NCBI GenBank assembly: GCA_965215005.1
Contig: CBDCCZ010000003.1
Span: 1-64,000 of the forward strand
Reading direction: 5' to 3'
DNA: 64,000 nt
From: Kofleriaceae bacterium
GTDB taxonomy: Bacteria; Myxococcota_A; Polyangia; Haliangiales; Haliangiaceae
Shown: positions 22,962 through 31,085 of the stretch, piece after piece
Numbering within the stretch: position 1 is the stretch's first letter
Layout: every line of letters starts with the position of its first letter
Position numbers and translations under genes: made by a program
The notes under the pieces: generated by a model
What the model saw: the letters and a program-made list of their open reading frames with translations, nothing else
The model's database searches: none
What the model was told of the DNA's origin: nothing

Positions 22962-23761
22962 CTGCCGACCTAACTCTCAGTCGCGAGCACCTCGGTCACA
23001 ACCGCCGGATGATCGTCGCTCGTTCACTCGCCGCGGCCATCGCCGGTGCCGTGCCGCTGCCCATCGTCGATGATTGGCTGGTCTGGACGGTGCAACGCAG
23101 CATGCTGCGGCGTATCGCGAGCGAGCGCAACGTTGGCGTCGATGACGCAGCGCTGCGAGCCATCGCGCTCGGCGACAGTGATCCGCCGCAGTGGGCAGAA
23201 ACCACCGGAAGCGCGTTCTTGGCCAAGCTTGCACGGCGCAGTTGGCGCAAAGTACTCGTCGTTTACATGGCCGCGCGACGAGCCCAGGCGGCCACTCGCA
23301 ACTTCATGATCGGCACCCTGTTCGATCACTATTGCGCGCGGATGCATGTGGGGCTCGGCCTCGATGCCGGCACCGCCATGGGACTGCGCCGCTTGATGGA
23401 TCGAGCCATCGAGGATACGCCCGGCGGTCTGGGCAGGCGCGTGTTTCGCCGCGGGATCGTGGGAGCGTTGAAGGCCACCGTGCGGGCGCCGGTCGAGCTT
23501 GCCGATATCGCCTCTGGCGGGGCCGTGCGGCGGCTCCTGGCCAAGCGCGCGGGGGCTTCCGAAGCGGAGCTGGTCGAGGAGGTCGAGACCGCGCTCGAGC
23601 AAGACCTGCAGGCCGAGCAAGGGCTTCTGGCGCGAGCGGCCGCAGCCGTGGAGCTCGAGCTATCTGCGGAGGGCAACCCGTACATCGATCGGGTGGTCGA
23701 GCGCTTCGAGCTGCTGTGGCGACGCGAGCACGACAAGACCGGTACCGCGGAGCCGCGGTGA
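22958..23761 (+). CDS. Hypothetical protein, DUF697-like
   Basis: AGAVPLPIVDD..VQRSMLRRIA motif; coupled to both neighbours. Confidence 0.6.
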   Translation: MTADLTLSREHLGHNRRMIVARSLAAAIAGAVPLPIVDDWLVWTVQRSMLRRIASERNVGVDDAALRAIALGDSDPPQWAETTGSAFLAKLARRSWRKVLVVYMAARRAQAATRNFMIGTLFDHYCARMHVGLGLDAGTAMGLRRLMDRAIEDTPGGLGRRVFRRGIVGALKATVRAPVELADIASGGAVRRLLAKRAGASEAELVEEVETALEQDLQAEQGLLARAAAAVELELSAEGNPYIDRVVERFELLWRREHDKTGTAEPR

Positions 23762-24864
23762 ACGACGATGCGCGCCATCGGCTCGCCGGAGCGCGCCGGA
23801 TCGTCGTCAAGATCGGTAGCCGCCTGCTCGCCGAAAGCCCCGCGGGTCGTCCGGCGGCCATCGCCGATCAAGTGGCGCAGCTGCGCGCCGCGCGCAACCT
23901 CGAAGTCGTCATCGTCTCCTCCGGCGCGATTTCCCTCGGAGTCCGCGCGCTGCGCTTGGGCACCCGTCCCAGCGAGCTGCCAATGCTGCAAGCCGCCGCC
24001 GCGGTCGGTCAGGGCCGGCTCATGCAGCACTGGGAGCACGCGTTCGCCGCGCACGACACCACCATCGCGCAGATTCTCCTAACCCACGAGGACCTCGCCG
24101 ATCGCAAGCGATTCCTCAACGCACGCCATGCGCTGCGCGCGCTCCTCGACGCAGGCGTGGTTCCCATCGTCAACGAGAACGACACCGTCTCGGTGGACGA
24201 GATCAAGTTTGGCGACAACGACTTGTTGGCCGCGCTCACGGCTGCGGTGATCGGCGCCGACGCGCTGCTCATTCTCACCGACGTCGAAGGCCTGCGTGGC
24301 GCCAACGGCGTCCGCATGCCGCTCATCACGGATATCGATGCGCAGGCCGCCCCCGTCGCCGGTGGCACCACTGCCGATGGCGTCGGCTCCGGCGGAATGG
24401 CCTCCAAAGTTGCCGCTGCGCGCATCGCTGGCAAGAGCGGCATCTTCACGGCCATCGCGCCAGGACGGCTCGAGGGCGTGCTCGCGCAACTGCTGAGCGG
24501 TGTCGACGTCGGCTCGGTCTTCATGCCGCCAGTGACCGCGCTGCGCGGACGCAAACACTGGATCGCCTATGGCGCCAAACCGGCGGGGCGCATCATCGTC
24601 GATGAGGGTGCCGTTGATGCGGTTTCTCGCGCCGGGCGCAGCCTGTTGCCAGCGGGCGTGGTCACCGTCGAAGGCGCGTTCGACCTCGGCGATCTGGTGA
24701 GCCTGATTACGCCGCAAGGCGATGAATTTGCACGCGGTCTCGCTGGCTACAGCGCGCGCGACTTGCAGCGCATCCGCGGTGTGCATTCGGCCGACATCGC
24801 GCTAACCTTGGGCTATAAGTATCTTGACGAAGCCATCCATCGAGACGACCTGGTTCTTCTATGA
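23758..24864 (+). CDS. proB: Glutamate 5-kinase with PUA domain
   Basis: GTG 23758; RIVVKIGS, VSSGAI, QAAAAVGQ, NENDTV..FGDND, GSGGMASK, IHRDDLV. Confidence 0.96.
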   Translation: MNDDARHRLAGARRIVVKIGSRLLAESPAGRPAAIADQVAQLRAARNLEVVIVSSGAISLGVRALRLGTRPSELPMLQAAAAVGQGRLMQHWEHAFAAHDTTIAQILLTHEDLADRKRFLNARHALRALLDAGVVPIVNENDTVSVDEIKFGDNDLLAALTAAVIGADALLILTDVEGLRGANGVRMPLITDIDAQAAPVAGGTTADGVGSGGMASKVAAARIAGKSGIFTAIAPGRLEGVLAQLLSGVDVGSVFMPPVTALRGRKHWIAYGAKPAGRIIVDEGAVDAVSRAGRSLLPAGVVTVEGAFDLGDLVSLITPQGDEFARGLAGYSARDLQRIRGVHSADIALTLGYKYLDEAIHRDDLVLL

Positions 24865-24906
24865 AGCCCAGCAGCCGCCACAACGCCCACTTCTTCCTTC
24901 GGCCAC

Positions 24907-26181
24907 GTGAGCACTAACCAACCGCTTCAACCCGTCGATGTGACTGCGCTCGCCCAAGCGGCGCGCGCCGCCTCCCGCCAGCTGGCAAACGCTCCGGCAG
25001 CCGCCCGCGAGCGCGCGTTGAGGCACGTCGCCGCGGCGATCCGAGCGGCACAAACCGAGGTCTTGGCTGCCAACGCACGCGATATCGCTGCCGCCGAGGC
25101 AGGTGCGATGGCACCGGCCATGGTCGACCGGTTGCGCCTAGACGTGAAGCGGGTGCAAGCAATTGCTGCCGCCGTGGAAGACGTCGCTGGCATGCCCGAC
25201 TTGATCGGGCGGGTAGAACGGGCGGAGACCCGGCCCAATGGCCTGCAGGTCGCGCGCATGCGCATCCCGCTGGGAGTCATCGCGATCGTTTATGAGTCGC
25301 GTCCCAACGTCACCGTCGACGCCGCGGCGCTGTGCCTCAAGTCGGGCAACGCGGTGATCCTGCGCGGCGGCTCAGAGGCATTCCACTCCAACGTCGCCTT
25401 GGGCCGCGCCGTGGCCGATGGGTTGCGCGCGGCGGAGCTGCCGGCTACTGCCGTTCAGGTCATCGGCTCGACCGAGCGCCAGGTGGTCAAGGAGCTCTTG
25501 GCGCAAGAAGAGCACGTCGACCTCGTCATCCCGCGCGGCGGAGAAGGTCTGATCCGCTTCGTTTCTGAGCACTCGCGCATTCCGGTACTCAAACACTACA
25601 AAGGCGTTTGTCACGTTTACGTGCATGCGGAGGCGGATCTGGATCAGGCCCTCGCCATCGCCGTAAACAGCAAAGTGCAGCGCCCTTCCACGTGCAACGC
25701 GGTGGAAACGATCTTAATCGATCGCGCCGTCGCCGACGCATTCGTGCCGCGGCTCGTAGAGCGCTTCAGCGAGCTCGGTGTCGTCATGCGCGGTGACGAG
25801 GGCGTAACGGCGCTCGGCGGCGAGCGCGTCGCGGTCGCCACCGAGGCAGACTGGCATGCCGAGTATCTCGACCTCACCGTCGCGCTGCGGCTCGTCGACG
25901 GTCTCGAAGCGGCGATCGAGCACATCGAGCGCTACGGTTCGAATCACACCGAAGCCATCGTCACCCGCGACAGCGTCGCCGGCGATCGCTTCCTCCGCGA
26001 GTGTGGCTCCTCCACCGTCATCGTCAATGCCTCTACCCGATTCGCAGATGGCGGCGAGCTCGGGCTAGGCGCCGAGATCGGCGTTTCCACCACCCGAATG
26101 CACGCCTACGGCCCAATGGGGGCCGAAGGTCTAACTACCACCAAGTTCATCGTCCAGGGAACTGGTCAGGTCCGTCGTTAG
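24907..26181 (+). CDS. proA: Glutamate-5-semialdehyde dehydrogenase
   Basis: PLGVIAIVYESRPNVT, LKSGNAVILRGGSEA, CNAVET, NASTRFADGGELGLGAEIG. Confidence 0.97.
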   Translation: MSTNQPLQPVDVTALAQAARAASRQLANAPAAARERALRHVAAAIRAAQTEVLAANARDIAAAEAGAMAPAMVDRLRLDVKRVQAIAAAVEDVAGMPDLIGRVERAETRPNGLQVARMRIPLGVIAIVYESRPNVTVDAAALCLKSGNAVILRGGSEAFHSNVALGRAVADGLRAAELPATAVQVIGSTERQVVKELLAQEEHVDLVIPRGGEGLIRFVSEHSRIPVLKHYKGVCHVYVHAEADLDQALAIAVNSKVQRPSTCNAVETILIDRAVADAFVPRLVERFSELGVVMRGDEGVTALGGERVAVATEADWHAEYLDLTVALRLVDGLEAAIEHIERYGSNHTEAIVTRDSVAGDRFLRECGSSTVIVNASTRFADGGELGLGAEIGVSTTRMHAYGPMGAEGLTTTKFIVQGTGQVRR

Positions 26182-26202
26182 AACCACAGCCGAAAGGGGA
26201 AC

Positions 26203-26643
26203 GTGAGGAACACCCAACCGAAACGCGTCACTGAATCCGAGAACCTCTCCACGGGCGACGGCCTCAGCGAGGCCCACGTGGCGCTCGCGACAGCCCTCGA
26301 CAAGAAAGCCCTGGAGCCGGTCCTGCTCGACGTGCGCGGATTGTGCTCGTACGCCAACTACATCCTGATCCTCAGCGGTCGCTCTGATCGCCAGGTCGAG
26401 GCAATTGCCAACGCGGTCGGCAAAGAGCTCAAAGAGCAGGGTGCCTTTAGTCTCGGGACAGAGGGGCGGCACGCTCAGTGGGCACTTTTGGACTTCGGTG
26501 ACCTCGTCGTGCACGTGTTCTACCACCCCTGTCGCGATCACTATGACCTCGAAGGCCTGTGGATCGACGCGCCACGGGTGGCCATCGAGGTTCCCAACGA
26601 CGCGCGGATCGGCATCGAAGACTCCTACGCGGTTCTCGACTGA
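26203..26643 (+). CDS. rsfS: Ribosome silencing factor
   Basis: ALDKKA, SGRSDRQVEAIA, WALLDFGDLVVHVF..R.HYDLEGLW. Confidence 0.93.
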   Translation: MRNTQPKRVTESENLSTGDGLSEAHVALATALDKKALEPVLLDVRGLCSYANYILILSGRSDRQVEAIANAVGKELKEQGAFSLGTEGRHAQWALLDFGDLVVHVFYHPCRDHYDLEGLWIDAPRVAIEVPNDARIGIEDSYAVLD

Positions 26644-26682
26644 CCGATCCGCACTGCCTGGCTGGCACCTGCTGGCCAGGCG

Positions 26683-27123
26683 ATGCCCGCAGTGAAGCTC
26701 ACCATCGCGGTGGTTGGCAGGCTGAAAGAGTCGTACTTTCAAGCCGCCGAAGACGAATATCGCAAGCGGCTGCGGCTTTACTGCTCCTTGCGCATCGATG
26801 AGCACAAGAGCGAAACCGCGCTGCTAGCCGCGCTGCCACCTCGCTGTCATCTCTACGGCTTTGACGAGCGCGGCGAAGCGATCAGCAGCGACGAGTTCGC
26901 CTTCTCCGTTCTCGGCCACGAGGAGCAGCACGGCACCGGCGCGCCGGTGGTGTTTGCGATCGGCGGCGCCGATGGGCACAGCGATGCGCTGCGCCGCAAG
27001 GCGATTCGTTTACTCAGCTTTGGGAACATGACGATAGCGCACCGACTGGTGCGGCTGATGGTGGTGGAGCAGATCTATCGCGGCTATCGAATCTTGCGCG
27101 GTGAGCCGTATCACCGCGGTTGA
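26683..27123 (+). CDS. rlmH: 23S rRNA pseudouridine-1915 N3-methyltransferase
   Basis: VGRLKE, DERG, FAIGGADG, LSFGNMT..H.LVR..EQIYR..GEPYH. Confidence 0.94.
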   Translation: MPAVKLTIAVVGRLKESYFQAAEDEYRKRLRLYCSLRIDEHKSETALLAALPPRCHLYGFDERGEAISSDEFAFSVLGHEEQHGTGAPVVFAIGGADGHSDALRRKAIRLLSFGNMTIAHRLVRLMVVEQIYRGYRILRGEPYHRG

Positions 27124-27141
27124 CCGGCAACTAACCAAGCG

Positions 27142-27396
27142 TTAGCGGCGCGCCGGATCGACTTCGCGCTGTACCAGCTCGGCGTCGATTTCGCGGTCAC
27201 GCTCACCGCGGTTCAGCTCACCGCGGTTCAGCTCGCGCTTGCTATCGGCGCCTTCATCGAGGCCATCGTCCTTGGAATGGCGGCGAAAGTTTTTGATGGT
27301 TTTGCCAAACGCGTCGCCGATCGCCGGCAGCTTGCCGGCGCCAAAGATGACGAGCACGATGGCTAGAATGATGAGCAGCTCTCCCATTGAGGGCAT
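27142..27396 (-). CDS. tatA: Twin-arginine translocase TatA/E
   Basis: [25 protein letters not shown]. Confidence 0.92.
   Translation of the reverse strand: MPSMGELLIILAIVLVIFGAGKLPAIGDAFGKTIKNFRRHSKDDGLDEGADSKRELNRGELNRGERDREIDAELVQREVDPARR
27201..27234. repeat. 15-bp in-frame tandem duplication in the tatA tail
   Basis: GCTCACCGCGGTTCA x2 + GCTC, encoding [10 protein letters not shown]. Confidence 0.85.
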
Positions 27397-27405
27397 GGTG
27401 CAAAC

Positions 27406-27927
27406 CTAGCGTTCAGGATGGGGGGTAAGCAAGCGCTCGATCGAATGGCCAATGGCAGTGCGGGCCCGCTCATCGCCTTCGTTGCTCAGCGCCTGCCGAA
27501 GCGGCGCGATCGCGCGGGGATCTCCCAACATAGCCAATGTTTCTGCTGCGAGCACGCGTACATCGTCGTCGGTGTCGGTGAGCAGTCGCTGCAGGGTGCG
27601 CTGCGCCTGGGGCGCGGCGCGGTAGCCGAGCTCGAGCAGAGCCTCTTGCTTCACGTCGGGCTCGGCGTCGCGGGCCAGCAGTGCCAGTGCCTCATCCGAC
27701 ACCTCGAACGACGGCAGCTCAGCGGCACCAGCGGCAAGCCGCGGCAGTCGCGGAGCGCGCGCGAGCAGCGCAAACCGCGGCTGACCAGCAACGATATCAG
27801 GCAGCGAAGTCTCGCGCTTGGCGCTACCTGATGCAGAAAAGACGCGGCCTTCACCAAACGTATGGGGAAGCACGAGGCCGAGCACGAGCCCGCCCAGGCC
27901 GACGATGGCCACGTTGAAACGCGTCAC
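27406..27927 (-). CDS. Membrane-anchored HEAT-repeat protein
   Basis: GTG start overlapping the phoX stop; N-terminal TM; LLTDTDDDVRVLAAETLAMLGDPRAIAPL. Confidence 0.78.
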   Translation of the reverse strand: MTRFNVAIVGLGGLVLGLVLPHTFGEGRVFSASGSAKRETSLPDIVAGQPRFALLARAPRLPRLAAGAAELPSFEVSDEALALLARDAEPDVKQEALLELGYRAAPQAQRTLQRLLTDTDDDVRVLAAETLAMLGDPRAIAPLRQALSNEGDERARTAIGHSIERLLTPHPER

Positions 27928-29327
27928 AGAACCCCGTTGCGCCAGGGACCGGTGATGGCAAAGGTCACGCCGGGGGTCTGGATGCTCACGAGCAGCCACG
28001 TTCCGCACGGCGTGAAACAGGCGCCAGCCCACTCTTTGCCGCGGAAGTCGCCGCGAAGGTCGTTGACCTCGCCATCGAGCACCACGTTGTTCTGCGCGAA
28101 GTCGAAAATCTGGCCCTCGCAGGTGAGGCCACGCAAAAACAGCCCGCTGGCATCGCCGTCCTCACACAAGAGGATGCCCCCGCGCGGGCTCACCGTGATG
28201 TTGTCGGGATTGTCGAGCACGTCCTCACTCGGCGACTCGAACAGCAGCCGCAATGTGTCGGCGCGCGGATCGAGCTCGAACACCTGCCCTTCGCCGGCCT
28301 CTCCACCGCTGGTGCACGTGAAGTAGATCTTGCCGTGCCCGTACCACATGCCCTCGCCGCGGCGAAACACCGCCCCGCCCTTCTCCAAGCCTTGCGTGAA
28401 GACGCCGGCGCCGTCGCCCGGCTCAGCATCGCGTCGCTCGGGCTCCTCGATGGTCACCCACTCGACCTCGAAGGAGTCGCCCGCCACCAACCCAGTGGAG
28501 GTGTCGAGCTGCGGCTGTCCTCTGACGGCAAGCATCTGCAGCTCACCGCCGGCGCGCAGCCATCCCCAGTAGCGCGGGACATAGCGATAGATGCCCGAGG
28601 TGGCGCGATCCTCCGTCTCGTAAACGATGCCGGTCCATGGGTCGACCGCAGCCGCTTCATGATTGAAACGACCCATTCCACGCAGCGGCTCGGCACTGGC
28701 GCGCCGCCGCGCTGGCACCTCGAAGACCCAGCCGTGGGTCTCGCGAAGCGCCGCGTCGTCGCGCGCCGCTTCGGGTCCATCCAGGGATTCCTCGCAGCTG
28801 AGCCACGTGTTCCATGGCGTGGGACCACCGGCGCAGTTGCGAACCGTGCCGCTGAGGCTCGGTATCGTCCGCACATACCGGCCGCGCCGGCTATCGAACA
28901 CCACTGTCGTGGTGCCGCCGGGGGCTTGGCCGCCATCGTAGGTGAGGCCTTCGTCGGCGAACGAGGTCTGCCAGCGACTCGTCTCGCGATAAGAAAGCTC
29001 ATGATTGCGCACGTAGTAGACCCTCCCCCACGCGCCCCATAAGGCAGCACCACCATCGTGGCCGGCGGGCGTGGGCGCGCCATCGGTCATGGGGTCGCCG
29101 GTCCAGCCAAAGCTCAGGTAGCGAAAGCCTGCCGGCAGGCGAATGAGCGGCAATCCGGTGGTCTCATCAATTGCCTCGAGCAGCGGACCGTAGGCCTCGG
29201 CGCTCCCCGCGCAGCGTCGCCCATAGCTCGCCAGCGCCTCGAATGGCTTGGCCATGGTCACGGTCGCTGCCAGTGCAGCCCCGCCGCCAACGAAGCCCCG
29301 CCGCGTCATCGTCTTGTGTTCGCGCAT
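27924..29327 (-). CDS. phoX: PhoX-family (DUF839) alkaline phosphatase with Tat signal
   Basis: TRRGFV Tat motif; RNHE, NCAGG.TPWNTWLSCEE, MGRFNHEA, ETED, RGEG, PDNI, CEDG. Confidence 0.9.
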   Translation of the reverse strand: MREHKTMTRRGFVGGGAALAATVTMAKPFEALASYGRRCAGSAEAYGPLLEAIDETTGLPLIRLPAGFRYLSFGWTGDPMTDGAPTPAGHDGGAALWGAWGRVYYVRNHELSYRETSRWQTSFADEGLTYDGGQAPGGTTTVVFDSRRGRYVRTIPSLSGTVRNCAGGPTPWNTWLSCEESLDGPEAARDDAALRETHGWVFEVPARRRASAEPLRGMGRFNHEAAAVDPWTGIVYETEDRATSGIYRYVPRYWGWLRAGGELQMLAVRGQPQLDTSTGLVAGDSFEVEWVTIEEPERRDAEPGDGAGVFTQGLEKGGAVFRRGEGMWYGHGKIYFTCTSGGEAGEGQVFELDPRADTLRLLFESPSEDVLDNPDNITVSPRGGILLCEDGDASGLFLRGLTCEGQIFDFAQNNVVLDGEVNDLRGDFRGKEWAGACFTPCGTWLLVSIQTPGVTFAITGPWRNGVL

Positions 29328-29487
29328 ATCCCAGCCTCCCTCTCGCGTCGCGCTACCGCAGCAATCACCCCAGCCGCCGCGGCTCTGCATCACGTGTCGC
29401 TAAGGTAGGAGGACGTGGTGTCGGAACGGTCGTGGCCGGTAAACATTGCGGCGAAGCTGCGCCGTCGACGAGATGACGCTGCCGCTG

Positions 29488-29574
29488 CGATTCAACGCGC
29501 CTCGATCAACGCCGCCTCGATTCAACGCGCCTCGATCAATCAACGCCGCCTCGATTCAACGCCGCCGCCTCGAT
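29488..29574. repeat. Imperfect intergenic tandem repeat, five units of 15-19 bp
   Basis: CGATTCAACGCGCCT / CGATCAACGCCGCCT / CGATTCAACGCGCCT / CGATCAATCAACGCCGCCT / CGATTCAACGCCGCCGCCT. Confidence 0.9.
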
Positions 29575-29705
29575 GTCGCGCGCAACGCGTGAGCTCGTCC
29601 CACTGCGGCGGCTGTTCGACCCCCAAGACGGGCTTTAGAATTGAATCGCCGGCGGTTCCGCAGCGGCGGGAACGAATCGCGAAACGACTTAAACAGCACC
29701 GTGCC

Positions 29706-30191
29706 TCAGCGGCGACGCAACGCCTGCTGAATCTCGCGCGATGCCTCCGCTTCGCGTTTGGCCTCGCGCTTCTCAAACTTCTTCCGCCCCGGCCCCAGGC
29801 CTAGCTCTACTTTGATTCGGCCATTTTTGACGTACATCGCCAGAGGAACCAGCGAGAGGCCCCGTTGGCTCACAGCGACCCAGAGCTTGTCGATCTCGCG
29901 CTTGTGCAGGAGCAGCTTGCGGCGCCGCGTCGGCTCATGATTGAACTGATTGGCCCACGGGTATTCCTCGATCTGCACGCCCACCAGCCACGCTTCGCCA
30001 CGCCGAATCTCGACGAAGCCCTCGCCAAGCGAGGCGCGCGCGTCGCGCAGCGACTTCACCTCGGAGCCAACCAGCTGGATACCCGCTTCATAGCGCTCCT
30101 GAATCTCGTAGTCGTGCAGCGCCTTGCGATTACGCGCCAGCACCTGCGACCCTTCCGCCGATAGCTCCTTTTGCTTCCGCTTCTTCGCCAC
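29706..30191 (-). CDS. smpB: SsrA-binding protein
   Basis: NRKALHDY..EAGIQLVGSEVKSLR, HEPTRRRKLLLHKREI. Confidence 0.97.
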   Translation of the reverse strand: MAKKRKQKELSAEGSQVLARNRKALHDYEIQERYEAGIQLVGSEVKSLRDARASLGEGFVEIRRGEAWLVGVQIEEYPWANQFNHEPTRRRKLLLHKREIDKLWVAVSQRGLSLVPLAMYVKNGRIKVELGLGPGRKKFEKREAKREAEASREIQQALRRR

Positions 30192-30266
30192 GAGCGCGCT
30201 ACGCTAGCCTTCCCGGCCGCCGTTTGGCCAGCCGTGCGAGCCGCAATCCCGACGCGCTCGCGCCGG

Positions 30267-30962
30267 TCACTCGGCCCGGGCCACCGCGAAACCGCGCACC
30301 GCCGTGGCCCCCGCCGCAAGCAGCGCGCGGGCACACGCCGCCATGGTCGTACCGGTGGTGATGACGTCGTCAAAGAGCAGGATGCGCCGGCCCTCCACGC
30401 GTCGCTGCCGGCGGCGCGCCACCACGAAGGCGTCTGCGAGATTCCCGGCGCGCTGACCGCGACCGAGTCGGGCTTGCGGCTCGGCTCCGCGCACCCGCCG
30501 CAGCGAGACCCCGTCAATCATCGCTTTCGGCGCAGCGGCTCGTGCGAGCAGCAGCGATTGATTGAAGCCGCGTGCCGCCTGTCGGCGCCAGTGTAGCGGC
30601 ACCGGCACGACCGTGTCGCAACCTTCGATAGCGGACATCAACGCCGCGCGAAACAGCGGCGCCAGCGCTTTGGCCAGCTCCGCTCGCCGCTGATACTTCA
30701 AGCGCTGCAGCGCCACCGCAAGCTCGCCGCCATAGCGAAACGATGCACTCATCTGCTCCAACGGCAGCGGACGCCTGCGGCAGCGGCGGCATGTCACCGC
30801 CACGGGACCATCGATTGGCTGCGCGCAGCCGGGACAGCCGTTGGTCAGCGGATACAGCGACACTGCGCAGGTGGCGCACAGCGCTTGCCCCGGCGGCAGC
30901 CGCTCATCACACGCGCCACAGCCCGGCACGAAGAGCCAGTCGGCGATTGCAATCCTGCGCAT
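30267..30962 (-). CDS. comF: ComF family protein (zinc ribbon + phosphoribosyltransferase)
   Basis: Four CxxC; VPVPLH..RGFNQS; LLFDDVITTGTT. Confidence 0.9.
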   Translation of the reverse strand: MRRIAIADWLFVPGCGACDERLPPGQALCATCAVSLYPLTNGCPGCAQPIDGPVAVTCRRCRRRPLPLEQMSASFRYGGELAVALQRLKYQRRAELAKALAPLFRAALMSAIEGCDTVVPVPLHWRRQAARGFNQSLLLARAAAPKAMIDGVSLRRVRGAEPQARLGRGQRAGNLADAFVVARRRQRRVEGRRILLFDDVITTGTTMAACARALLAAGATAVRGFAVARAE

Positions 30963-31085
30963 GCAACGGGTATCGGTGCGTTGCCTCCACGGTTGCCGAT
31001 GCAGTTCGCAGTCCGCGTCACCGCCCTCCCGCCACACATCAAACTAGTGCGCTTTCGAACACAGCCAACATGACCGCACAAACGC

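Noticed and set aside
29488..29574. CRISPR array
   Set aside because: Units are contiguous 15-19 bp with no unique spacers, and no cas genes are in the window
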